Assembly (NCBI GenBank): GCA_002633005.1
Contig: NMRA01000035.1
Coordinates: 414,863 to 478,862 of the forward strand
Direction of reading: 5' to 3'
Length of the DNA stretch: 64,000 nucleotides
From: Phoronis australis
Taxonomy: Eukaryota > Animalia > Phoronida
Part shown: positions 39,088-52,300 of the stretch, piece after piece
Layout: every line of letters begins with the position of its first letter
Numbering within the stretch: the first letter of the stretch is position 1
Made by a program: the position numbers and the translations under genes
The notes under the pieces: model-generated
Databases searched by the model: none
What the model saw: the letters and a program-made list of their open reading frames with translations, nothing else
Told to the model about the DNA's origin: nothing

Positions 39088-39560
39088 ATCCTGAAGGTGA
39101 GATGTCACTGTTCTTGGAAACTACAAATCATTCCTTAAATTAGCAGGACTGGACTTGACACTGACACCAACACCTGGACTGTTGGTCTCCGTTTCGCTCC
39201 ACAACAAAAACAATCATGTGCTTCAGCTGGTCAGCTGGGGGAAGATCACGTGAGTAGGTGAAGGGTCAAGTAAGCAAGTGCAATTTTTTTACATCTGTTA
39301 ACATTGTCTGTTTTAATAATGATTACCTGCCTTACCTATGTAAGTTTTGAGATGCCAAAAAGTTCCCTGGTTGCATTTGTTTTGTTTAGATGTCGCATAC
39401 TAACTTTCGTTGGATATACCTCGCTGGTTCCCTGCGTGCCGCTTGGTTTGCAAGCACGTAGGGAACTAGCAGAGAGAAAATTAACTACATCCGGTTTCCA
39501 GTCGACCGGGAAATGTGAACAAACAGGGAGGCTGCTTCATTACGTTAGCAAAGTTGCAGG
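39088..39560. promoter_or_regulatory. Putative bidirectional promoter of SLC17A5-like and TDP2 with MiT/TFE-type E-boxes
   Basis: Divergent ATGs are 473 bp apart. TCACGTGA at 39246-39253 (CLEAR-like), TCATGTG at 39214-39220 (M-box-like), CAGCTG at 39224 and 39232. Confidence 0.65.
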
Positions 39561-42500
39561 ATGTCTGACAAAGAAGAAGAAAATTTGCCATCCAGAGACG
39601 AATGCGAGAAAAGATGTCAAGAATTTGCTGACATTACAGGAACTGACACCGCCCTTGCTATGTACTATCTTCAGGACAGGGACTGGGATGTTCAGGTTCT
39701 CACTCTCAGTTTCTGACACTTGTGAAGTTGTGTGATTTGGTGATACCAGTTCGGGCCCACAGCCCAGACACTCTTACTACTTGGCCGCTCAAAATTACAC
39801 TGTAATACGGGACGTATAGTGTCATGAAGAGCAGTGTGACATGTGGTTATTACCTCAGGCGTCCTCAGCTTCTGATCGTCCCCAATACTCCCAATAGTAC
39901 TACACTGTATAATACTACAAGGTATGACACTCGGGACTAGAAATTCCACGGGGGTTTCGATTCATCCGTCCATATCAAACACATAACTAAATAAATTTAC
40001 ACAAAACAGAGGTTCAACAAACCATGAGAAATTGTTCTTTCTTATATTACCATTTACGGTGTCCTGCTCCAGCGAGTTCGCAAGAAATTCGCTGTCAAAG
40101 CACAAAAATGTTCCCAAAAAGCCCAAACACACTTCTAACTGTGTGGGATTGAGGTCAATGATGGTACGGAAATTGCCAGTTTGTCGCGTAAAGTCACGAT
40201 GTTGATAACGCCGTCCATGCGTAATTCATCGGTAATTTCTGTTCCGTCCTTGACCTCGAACCGACACAGTTAGAAGTGTGTTTGGGCTTTTTGGGAACAT
40301 TTTTGTGATTTGACAGCGAATTTCTTGCAAACTCGCTGGAGCAGGACACCGTCAATGGTATTATAAGAAAGAACAATTTCTTATGGTTTGTTGAACCCCT
40401 GTTTTGTGTAAATTTATTAAGTTATATGTTTGATATGGACGGCTGAATCGAAGCACCCGTGGAATTTCTAGTCCCAAGTGTCATACCTTGTAGTATTATA
40501 TAGTGTATTGGGGATGCGATCAGAAGCTGAGGACGCCTGTGGTTATTACTAGTCGTAGGGTAGCCAATAATATTGAATGATAATAATCTTAGAATATAGA
40601 TAGAAGAAAGACAACGCTGTCTCAACTGGCAGTATATAGACAGTAGCCATCCCCATAGGCCCTCTATACACCAGAAGTCCTGTTGCTATACCTTTTGTGC
40701 ATAGGGCCTGAGGAGGCTGTTGTGCAGTGTTGTAGAAAATTTGGCCCACACTAAGACTTGAACTTGGTGAGAGCCGAGTATCCAAACTATTCAGTCATTG
40801 AGGCAATTGCCACGTGGCAAGCGATTCAGATCTAGCTGTACATCACACCCAGAAGGCACATGTCACAGCACTCACCCCACTTCTGCCGAATAGGCACGCA
40901 TCCTGGTTACAAATCTCAGCAACACCCTAGCTAGCGTCCTGGACTTTGCCTTCAGCAGCACTACCTAGTGTCCTGTAATTTACTCTCAGCATTGCTCTCC
41001 TTGTGTTCTGGATCCACTACTGTCAGGTTGGCACCCTCTCCATTTGCCACTCAGAACAAATATTTATATCGCAGGGTTTCTCGTGGGTCTTACCTTGGTT
41101 GGGCGCTAATGTAGAAACTTGAATTCAGGTTGCATGTGTGTGAGCCTAGCATCTAAACCGCTCAGAAAAAAGGCAATTATCGTCTTTCATATAATTTAGA
41201 GAGGCTTCATCTGACTGTATACCATACCCAGAAGTCACATGTCACAATATGTACCATTGGTGTCTTTAATTCCTTCCAACTCAAGCAAATACATCAGACC
41301 CGTTATCAAACTTTTTTGAAGTCCTGTGCTCAGTTACCCAAATCAGGAACTGACCATTATTACACTACTTACACCTGGGGATATGACGTGCTAGAAAAGT
41401 TTCATTTGTCTCAAAGATTTTTAATACGCAAAAATAACATGAAAGACCATTTCAAGGTATTATTTATTTTTTTAATTTTACACTTTGCAGAGAAGTCTCA
41501 ATGCATTCTTCAACGAACAGGGGGTTTCTGATATTGCCTGTGAGAACCGCAATGCAGCCTCTGTGGCTACTGACTCAAGTGATGACACCGATGTGCCAAC
41601 GGTGGAAGATGAGGAACCCAATAGAATTAGGCTGATGTCATGGAACATTGACGGCTTAGACTGTAACAACATTAACACCAGAACTAAAGCTGTGTGTCAA
41701 GTGATTGTCAAGTTAGTCCTTTGTGTTAGTGCCATAGAACTTTTAAATGAAGAAGTATAGGCATTTAGTCATTTGAGACCTCTAAGAGTGCTGTGGCATA
41801 TATTAAGCTGGCAAAAATTATCAGACTGACAAACAAAAAGGTCTCAAAGGTATGACTGGTGTCGGAATTGCGATTTGCTATGGATACGTGTCTTGTTCTA
41901 ATAACCTGCAGTTATTAATAAATGTCACAGCTCTCATCCCATGTCTTCTTTTAGAAACTGGCATTTATTTGGACTGTTCCATTTAGATGAGTTTTATGAT
42001 ATTATTGATTTCATCACATGATGAGGTTGACCAGTGGGTTGGGAGTAATCATGGAGTTTGATGTAAACCCCATTTTGATAGAAAAGGCTTAACGAAATGA
42101 TCAAAGAGGTTTGAAGCTGATTTGTTGATAAATTCTTTTTGCTTAGCCTGACAAGAGGAAAGTTGAAAATTCAGAATTGTTTTCCTCTTTGGTTACATGG
42201 CTAGTTGTGGTACAAGGAATTACTATTCATAAGGAACCACAAAGTTAGTTCAATTCTCAGACTGTCTGATATCCAGTGTACACCTCTCTATTCCCAACCG
42301 ATAATAGTCCGATATAACGTGCCCGCATTTTGAGAACCAGTCTTCTCCACTGAATAGCGGGCATCAACTGGTTCTCAAAATGTGGGCACGTTATGTCTGA
42401 CTATTGCCCCCAATCCTCTTATAATAATTTACTTATCTTCATGAAATTTTCACTGTGCAACATGGCAGTTGGAAAGGAAATGTATTACACTTTATTCAAT

Positions 42501-44716
42501 GTCTTTTAATTTCAGCGAGGACCCTGACGTTGTGTTCTTGCAAGAAGTCATCAAAGAGACATACGAGTACATCGAGGCTAGTTGTGACAACTACCACTGT
42601 ATAGCCGCTGGCACTACGGACTACTTCACCACCGTGTTACTGCGCAAATCCACAGTGAAATATGAGTCATACAAGATTGTACCTTTCTACACCAGTATGA
42701 TGATGAGAAATTTACTTACTGTCAAGGTAAAAAACAAACTAAATGTTAATTTACTAATATCTGTCTTCTGCAATAACTAATTTGATGAATGTCCCGATTC
42801 TTTTTGAATTCTCATTATAATCCTACATTTAAAAACTAAATAGACCTAAAGAACAACATATTAAAATATTTTCATTTGGTTGCCTTGATCGTCTTTTCTA
42901 ATTTCAAGTTAGTAAATAAATGTGTAATTTTGTACTAATACTAATAATTAAATCAAGTGAATGTGTGCGTGAATGAGGGTATGAAAGTCCACTCAATCGC
43001 CACAAGTTGTTGTCAAAATACCCGTTTGCTCTGTATGATGTATTGTTTTTTACGTTGTAAGGATATGTAGCTGGGGCCACCCAACCCTAGCCACATCTGC
43101 TAATCACTAATAATGTGCTTTCTGGGTGAATAACTGTATTATAAAAAAGCAGTTCGATCCTTTGCAGACTGCTCTATACATGTATGTCATATGCCTCTGT
43201 CCTATGTCATTTCATTCTGAAGACTGAAAGTTACAAATCTCATGTTTCTTAATTCAATTTCACTCAACACATGTTTACCCATCAGGCACTTGTGAAAGGA
43301 CTTCCTTTCCTACTCATGACCTCCCATTTGGAGAGCACCAAAAGCCATGAAGAAGAGCGCCTGAGACAGCTGAAGACAGCGTTCAGGGAGATGAGAGATG
43401 CAGATGGTGATAGGACAGTGATATTTGGTGGGGATCTGAACTTGAGGGACCCAGAGGTGCTGTTCAATGGCCTTCTTTTGTTTTGTCAAGACTCAACTTG
43501 TGTGTGTAAATGTGGCTACTTAAATAGTGTTCATCATTTTTTTCTGAATTGTTGTACTATAAGTTACCTGGATTTTTTTAATATTAAATGTACATTTATG
43601 TCCTAAGTAACAAAAACTTTGAATGACTACCCGAGGTTAACTGTCATTTGTGTTGTGTTTTTCCAGTCGTTCTCTGCTGTCATTTTATTTAATTGAATGA
43701 AATTGATTAAAGAGACTGTGGCGCTGTCTCTTTACTTGGAATTTCAACACATTCACTGGAATTTGCTGCAAATACATTGAACTTGTAGTGGACATTTCAA
43801 GTTGAAGAGACTTAAAGGTTTAAAACGACATCACTGTTGGATATCAAGAGTGGTCATGTCTCATCTTGGTCTGATGTTAATTTTAAAGGGGCAAGTGGTC
43901 TTAATCAAAAGTTGCTTTTTGTCTTGGTTCATATAAATCCACTTCAATGATTTTTTTCTGTGAAGTTTTAAATTCAGATTTAGGAGCCTCCTTCACAGAC
44001 TGCATAATTATGAATTCTCATTAATAATGATTCTTTTCTCACGAGTTGTTTTGTATTGTCTTCTGGTGCATCACTATTCTTCCCTTGTGAAGTAATACAG
44101 TCACTTTGTTCCTCATTAATGCGGGTTAAAAGACTAGAGTGAGCAAACTGTCTGTCCTCTAGTATAACTTACAGAAACTTGTTGCTGTTCAGAAATGTTC
44201 CCACGGGATGTAACAAGGGGGGGGGGCTGCGCCACAGACAGATTTGATTGTTGGTGGCAGTTGTTAAATAAAGGTAGGGTTCATTAGTGTAAATTACTCA
44301 CAACCTCTTCCCACCTCAAGTTGTAGTCTTGAATAGAGTTTGTATTCGGAAAGTAATCCTGGGCTCTGATTTAGGCATTGTACGATTAGCTTCAGGAAAC
44401 ATTCATTTATTTTATTCTTTTCCAGCTGGTTAAAGTGGGTGGCATTCCAGAAGGTGTCTACGATCTTTGGGAGGTAACGGGCAAACGACCTGAAGCCAAG
44501 TTCACTTGGGACACTATGAGAAATGATAACTGTCAAATGGAGGGTATGAAATTCAAACCCCGCTGCAGATTTGACAGGCTTTACTTGCGCCATTGCAATA
44601 TTTCGCCTAAACTAAAGCCGGTCTACTTTGAGTTGGTTGGAATTGAAAGACTGAAAACTTGTCAACGATTTCCAAGTGACCATTGGGGTCTTCTCGTTCA
44701 CTTTGATAAAAAGTGA
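39561..44716 (+). CDS. TDP2: Tyrosyl-DNA phosphodiesterase 2, 5 exons, 342 aa
   Basis: Exons 39561-39695 (UBA-like: CQEFADITGTDTALAMYYLQDRDWDVQ), 41491-41711 (RSLNAFF..MSWNIDGLD), 42516-42726 (PDVVFLQEV..SMMMRNLL), 43286-43456 (TSHLES..VIFGGDLNLRD), 44426-44716 (FTWDT..RFDRLY..FPSDHWG). Phases are consistent and the EEP catalytic motifs are intact. Confidence 0.95.
39854..40541. mobile_element. Foldback/palindromic MITE (688 bp), P-element-like ends
   Basis: Almost the whole element is an inverted repeat with arms of about 320 bp. Termini C(T/A)CAGGCGTCCTCAGCTTCTGATCG. Perfect 8-bp TSD GTTATTAC (39846-39853, 40542-40549). Confidence 0.85.
42303..42405. repeat. ~100-bp near-perfect hairpin / miniature inverted-repeat element in TDP2 intron 2
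   Basis: Arms AATAGTCCGATATAACGTGCCCGCATTTTGAGAACCAGT and ACTGGTTCTCAAAATGTGGGCACGTTATGTCTGACTATT with a loop of about 25 nt. Confidence 0.8.
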
Positions 44717-46336
44717 GTTACAGTGCTTGGACCATGCTTTGGTAAAGTTGGTGCTTTATGGTGAACGTGTAATGTTTTTGTTAAGGGCTACCGTAACACT
44801 GTATTTAGTTCGCAACAGATAGCTCGTTTTTGTAATAAAACCTTAAGTTTACTCTTTTTGTTGGACTTTTTAGTGACATTTTTTACCAAGATTGTTGCTG
44901 GATTTGTGCCAAGACTTGTGTTGGAAGAAATTTTTACAAAAAATGAAGACTTTTCAGTACAAAAAATTTATTTATATTCATACAAGAGAAAGTTACATTA
45001 TTAAGTACCGGAAACAATCACTTCTTAACTTGTAATCTGAAAGTGGAATGCTTAAAACAGAAGCCAAAAACGAGTCTAGGTACTTGAGCAATGTAACATT
45101 AAATGACTCATTGCTAAGAATTTAAAGTTGTCATTTAATTAGTTTTCACAAAATTCATATTCAAAACTAACATAGCTTTGCCAATCAAATGAATTACAGT
45201 CCAAGGTAGGGTTAATTAGGTAAATCCAAAAATGCAAACTTCAAACTGAAATGAATCTAGTTAGCGTCTGTGAATCTTTCCGCTTAAGAAATCTATGAGC
45301 TCCGTTTAGTTCATGGAGTTTTGATGTGTAATTGTGAATGCTAGCACACCGTATCACAGAACCAAAAGTACAAATAGTCTCTGCACTCGAAACATTATAA
45401 AAAACAATGATTTTCAAAGACAGCGCTGGCGCTTTAAGATGTCAATGCACAACATTAAGTTTAAAAAACAATAGAATATTCACAGTATTCAATCACATCA
45501 ATTTCACACCAAAATACAGTAAAAACCTGCATAAGCCAGACATGCAGAAGTTGGATTTTCTATCAATTCAGACAAAGGTCTGCTGTTCACTTGGTCTAGT
45601 TCATGCACTCAGACCTTCAGATGAATCAAATTTCAGCTTACGAATCTCTGTCCAGTGGGAAGTGACTTACTGAGTTTTACTTTAAAATAAAATCTTACGG
45701 TTTTTACAGAAGCTCCTATGCTGCTTTGCAGACTCAAATAACAAGAGAAATGTTTTACATACAACACTAAACAATGAGCATTTAAACAAAAACATCATCC
45801 CTTGTGTCCACAACTAGGTCAACTAGTCGTGACTGTACCACTTAATGGAGTATTGAGTGAACATTGAAACTTTAAAAAAATGCTCTAGATGCTCACCTCC
45901 CATAGCATAATAATACCTACTGAACTTTAATTTGGAAAGGACCGAGTGTCTTTACGTCGTGAAAACAGCCAGTTGACCCCCACAATAAAAATTGTTGACT
46001 ATAAAAAACTTGGAAGTCTTACGCAGCCAAAAATTAGATCAATTTGATTTTAAAATGGGAATAAGCAAAGATTATGATTGGGAATGTAGTTATAGCAGTG
46101 ACAATGATCCACATTTCTGTCCATGTTAACTTCAATGTGAACTCTAGTTAGTGACAAAAAGCCTCGTAATATTTTCCAGACAAAAATGCAGTTTTTAAAC
46201 ATGGCGCCCTCTGTGGCTTCTTAACGAAAACATTTGACACACAAAACTGTGTTCAGTGCACTCACATTCCACCTATACATTTAATTACAAAAAATTGCGA
46301 AACATTTTATGCAACCAACTACATGCCAGAAGCGAC

Positions 46337-49300
46337 TTAAAAATGTTGCTCAGCAAATAACCGTGCCTCCTGCAGACGGGATCGGTTGCTGCAGCGACTT
46401 GTGGGTCGGCCACTAGATGTTGGCGACTCGTTATGAGCAGATGACGGCGCCTCTTCAGGCAAATGTTGGAAACTTGTCCTGAGTGATTCAAACCTGTGGA
46501 AGAAATGAGGAACAAAGTAAAAGAAATGTACACTCTTGTTATTTTATATGATAATTCCTGCCATGCATGACCTGACAGTCTGCATAAGTTGCCACATAGC
46601 TCTCCCTACATCCCGACCACGTGCTCATACACGTGCATCAGTAGTCACTCAGATAATTCGTCGTTTTTAACAAGGTCTCAAAGATGAGTTAACAGACCAA
46701 ATTGCAAGGTTTACATACCAATTGTTAAACCTAGTTATTAATAATATTTAACATCATTTCTAAAATCTAATTACTACAAATTCTAGCCTATTCAGATTAA
46801 ACAATGTTTCGGTCTGTCACTTCTCCAACCATCTTTGAGTGTTAAAGAAGGATGGGTATCTAGTACACTCATGGTCAGTGATTTACACTTTTCCTAGAGC
46901 ACAGTGAGAAGAATTAGATTTAAGAAATGACGTCACTACATTACCACCTATAAGTGGTTTTAAGACTGAAGTAGAGTCATTTAACAGGAGGTTTAAAAGT
47001 GATATACACGACCAACAGTCCATTAAACTTAACTCATCACACAGAAAGTATCAACCATAAGTTTACCTATCGGCAATCTTGGCTTCAAACGAAGACATAT
47101 CATTGGCCAATGCTTTCATCTGAGACTCCACCAGTCTGGCACTTATAACTGAAAGACACAACATAACAAACGCTATTATAACTGACTTTGTGGTAGATAT
47201 ATAGTTACAGTACAGTTCACACTCAGCTGGACGAGCAGCGCCCTGACTTGAAGTAGGGGAAGGGTCCGTACAGCTGATTATGAACTGGGGGTCTCCACGG
47301 GTATCCCTTGCCATCCTTCAAACGCCTAGGAATTATCAGATTGCAGACAGTTTCGACCAATACGAGTTTTGGTTCTCTGATCTGGGCCTTTATATCAACT
47401 TCAATCATAACAGATAAGTATATGACTTGAGGCTACTTTCTAAATATTCCTTAGGCCATTATGCTTGAAGTTGACATAAAGGCCCAAGTAAGAGAACCTA
47501 GTACATGGATTAAGCTAAAATTTACCGAGTTGAAGGTGTCAGGTTGAGTACAGGAACCAAGTTTACAAGTAGAAACACAGGTGTTTAGAAATCTAGTAAG
47601 GTATGACTGATAGAGTTAAAACTCTCAGCCAAATAAGAACAAAATGCTATTAATAGCTGCATGAAAGCACTAGAGCTGTGCTCTTTATTCTAGCTTACCA
47701 CTGTTGGCAGACATCGGCCGCATCACGGGGGCTGCTGCACGGGCTGAGGGTCTTTTTAACAACGCCTAGAGAAATATGTAAAATCTTAATGTACTTGCAC
47801 ATTATGTTTTGTTAAATTATGTGTTTTGATAGTTTTTGTTAAACTTAATCATGGATAAAGACCAAAGCACAATAGACTCAGTAGGTACTTCTGGCCGACA
47901 TATTTATTACGTTACTACAACTGATTCTTTATAAACTTCATTTTACACAGCTATGGATTCATCGATGTCATACATTCATCCACCAAATGATCAAAACAAA
48001 AACAAGCAACACTCACACGGGTCACTTTATCTTCAGCTGTATGTGTTTAGCTATCACCACTTTTGTTTTGTAAACATTTGGTTGCGTGTTACATACTTCT
48101 ATTATACTTATACACTCATGTAAGAATCTTTAAATTAGCTTGTTACCAATAGATGAAATTGTGAACTCATCAGGCCAGCATATCAACACAAACTTCATCC
48201 TCACCGCTATTCACCAAAACCATCACAGTTCACTGATCACAAACCACGCATTTTTTAACATACCCCATCCAACACATCCAGTTCTGGTAACAGCATCTGT
48301 ATATCACTGTGGTAGTGAGGCCTCTCACCATCTTCTAGACACACAGGGTTGCCAGATATAAATAATTCAGCCAGAGATGAGAAGGCGGAGAGGTCACTCT
48401 GAAATAGCAACACTGCTCTTACAGGCATCGGCCTTTCTCACGGAATTCTTAAAGTGGCATACACCCCCATTCCATCCAAGAAGCAAATTTTTCATTCAGA
48501 ACACTTATAGCCATACAAATGGTCTCAACTTGTTCCTCACTCAAAAGAGAAGTCAATTCTGGGATGCTAAGAACTGATAGTTCGTTATTCCCTGATATGC
48601 TCAGCGCAAAAACGACACGCCGTGACAAGCCAAACTTGTAGAGCCTCAGATCTCAAGCAATAAGGAACTGTCAGTAGTTCATTAGAAACCACCGGATCAC
48701 CTCTGATTTGACTGTCAGGAATAATCTGAGGCAAATTTTATTGGTCTAAATCAGAAGTCGATTTTAGTCATGCAACATACTGTTTATGATGTTAGAGAAC
48801 TGGATTTACTCAATGCATGGAAGTCTACCCTAGGATACCCAGAAAGTTTGTTATGACGTACAGGATTTTGAAGATCCCTTGATGAGACCGTTCCACGTGC
48901 TACACCTATTTTCCATGCATCAGTATGCATTGAAGCAAGAGTAGACAGCCAAGCAAAAGGCCAGAACCTTGGTTCAGCAATCATTTTCAAAGATGAAAAA
49001 CTAATGACCGACGCAGACTAAGCATTCAGTACAGTGTCGGACGCTCTGTTTACTCAATGGATGGGAAATGCGGAACCAAGCCTTTTGCTGGACCCGATAT
49101 CTGTTTGCAGCCAACTGTTATGTAATCCATCCCATGAGCGGCATTTCGCCTTTTTTCACACGAGATTTGGACAATTACTTAATCAGCAACTGCTCAGATA
49201 TCGGGGCGACAGTAGCTCAGCGGTAAGAGCACTAGACCAGCAATCCAAAGACCAGTGCCCGGTCTCCAATCTCCGTACTCAGACCCGAATCATGCTCAAA

Positions 49301-52300
49301 CTCACACTTCATACTCAACTCGAGTACAGACTCAGCTTTGGTGTATTCAATGTCATACTCGAAAAATCTGTACTCGAAATTTCGAGCACGTACTCAGTTT
49401 TCGAGTGTACCCGAACTGAAGTGTATCTCATCCATATTTCGAGTACGATTTTGAGTAAAAATTCGGAGTCTATGCTCAAATTTCAAGTTTGGTATGGCAG
49501 TGTGCTTGAAATCGTACTCGAAAATAAATACGAGCCAGAGAACAAAATATCGAAAGGGAACCAAGAAACACAGCAAATCTAAAAAAATAAGTCCTCTTAC
49601 CGTATCTCAGCACTTCAATTTCAGTTCAGAGATAATAGTTTTCATCTTAAATCTTCTTATTCTTCACCTTATTAACCCGCCGTATCACTGTATGTTATGG
49701 CAGCCATTCTACCTCTACAATTCCTGGCAACAGGCGCATTGTAATCCCTTGTCGGCGAGTCATAACAAGCGTCGAAAGCAGTTGTGGGAAAAGTCGTGTG
49801 AGAAGTTTGTGCTGCCCTTATTTCGGTATGTGTGCCTACGTTTTGTAGGGTTTCCAAAAGACGAGGAGGGGAGGGAAGTTAAAAAAAGTTCGCTTCCCTG
49901 TCAGGTACATTTCTCATCATAACTTAGTCATCTATAATTCCTCAATCCCCAAATGGAATTCCAGACTTTGTTTGCCGATTTCTAAGTAGACGTCTCGTCC
50001 CGTTCACTGCCACTGGTGAACTCTGAATGCCTGCACAAGTATTGTTTTTTAACTCACGTGCCAAATGTCAACTCACTTGTTACATCCCGGTAACATACGA
50101 AGATATAGTATCAAAGTTTGACATCAGCGTAGGCCTACACAGCAATGGGTTTTGTGTCAAGACTAAATTAGCAAGAGATGTGATGTGATAAGCTGTGACA
50201 TTTTCGAGACTGGGTGAGGAACTCAAGAAGTAAAGCTTAGTAATTGCCAGATGTATCAAAGAAATGGCATAAGAATATTTATTGAAACTAAAAAATGAAT
50301 AACAGTTACAGAACACTCAGAATTCCCCGTTATAGACAACTCTTGTAGTTGTAGCGACAGCAGACGATAATGTAGGCCTAGTTCTTGGGGTGGTCTATTC
50401 CAATAGGGAGCGATGAATCAGCGCGGCTTTGCGTGATTTTGCATTTCACATCATAAAGAGTTCTATAGCAGCTCGAGTATGAGTGTCAGATTTGAGTACG
50501 TTTGGAGTCTACTCGAAATACGACATTAGATACGCTTTTTTGAGTACGACTCCAGTGAGCACGATTTTGAGTATGAAATCTCGAGTATGAGTATGAGTCT
50601 GAGTACGGAGATTGGAGACCGGGCCCTGGGGTTCAATTCTCACCTTGACTGTAAAATCAATTATTGTGCATGAAAGTGATTTATTTATATTCGTAATCAT
50701 ATTTATATCTAATACATATCATTGTAATCGTAACAATGCCTCTTGCACTTTCTGGGTCTGTATATTTATTGTATTGACCATTTCATAATAAACATCCAAA
50801 AAAATTCCAGTTTGGAGTTTCTGATTTTTCCGTGTTAATTTGATAAAAATTTCACAATTGGTCAGTGTCTATATTAGTTAACATTTGACATTTACTTTCC
50901 ACACATAAAAAAGAACTTACCATGGCAGCCCAAGTATCTATTTTGTTGTCAGCTATGTTCAATAGTTCTAAGTTTGGGAAGAGTACAGCTAACGACTTCA
51001 CGCTATTTATTCGATTGGAGGACAAGTATAGAGCTTGTAAAGACCTGCAAGTATATGTATACAGACATAAAGTACGTTCTGTTAAAAAATGTCATTTCAT
51101 TCGCACGTAACAGCTGTGTAATAATAATAATATCTCAAGGGAGAACAAGTATCGGACAATTTTACTGTTATGCGACTTGAATATGACGTCAGTATTATTG
51201 ACTGTCTTTTAATACTACGAGCATGGGCATTGTCGTACAGATTGATTCCAGATGCTAGACACGACTGCCGCCAAATATTGGAGAGAATGTGCATATGAAG
51301 TACAAATTCATGTACCGTCGTGTTGAATGAAACCTTTCATCAAGAAAACTTGCTGTCAAAATAGCCACAAAATGTAGTGAAGAAATACCGTCGCGCAGAG
51401 TTAAATGTAGAAAGTCTGATGTTAAAAACAAAACACGACTTGAGGAAACCAAAAAATTTTACAGCCTACGTTGCACAGATACATTTCGCTGAGAAAATGG
51501 AATGGAATTTACAAATACTAGTATCAGTATTCTGTTTATATGACCACAAGACTACGTACAATCACAAGGGTTTTAAGTCAGAAAGTACAGATCAGTTGAG
51601 CCTGCTTACATCAACATGCAGTCATGAATTAACTCATTAACACATAACGATACGACTATATCCAGAGTTGTCACTCACTTCAACTTTCCTAGTGTGTTCA
51701 GGGTGATAATATTGTTGTTCGACAAGTTTAGAACCTGAAATGCAACAGTGCCAGTTGTACAGTAGTTGAAGTCAACTTGAATCAAATTGAAAGAATTGGC
51801 AAAGGTTTACCAATTCGTTTTGTTTCAACGATTTAAGGGTTAAGTCAGCGTTAGTCATTCATAATCTAAGTTTAGTATCTTTTAAACAAACACCAAGTTG
51901 ACAGCAATATAGAGGCAAAGAGGCTTTTTTCAGCAGACCAAATAACAAAAACTGGAGGCATTTTAAGTGACAATAACATTAATTTTGCTCCAACACAAAA
52001 ATGGGGTATGCTTTAAAGTTGTATTAAGTAAATTTTTCATATAGTTATTATTGATAATTACTAAAAACTTAGTTGTTTTCCAAGGTTACAACAAATGGAG
52101 CTTGTAGGTGTTATTTTTGGCTTAATTAATAAACAAAAATTACTTTATCTAAAGAAGTTGGTGATTTTTACCTGGCTAAGCAGTTCTCAATATATCTTAA
52201 TCATCTGATCAAAGACCTGAGGCAAGCAACAAAAATAGTGACACGTAATAAAAAGGCACTTACAGTAAGTTTCGTCATTCCTTTAAGCCCGGATACGTCA

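Noticed and set aside
49203-49255. Functional tRNA gene
   Set aside because: It is interrupted by a transposon and the acceptor and anticodon stems do not pair; treated as a SINE head.
49034-49922. Long ORFs of 182 and 142 aa on plus
   Set aside because: They span SINE and transposon subterminal repeats and contain no recognisable domain.
50080-50316. Extra LRR exon (SLANLVLTQNPLL)
   Set aside because: It lies inside the Harbinger-like element. The gene model is complete and in frame without it.
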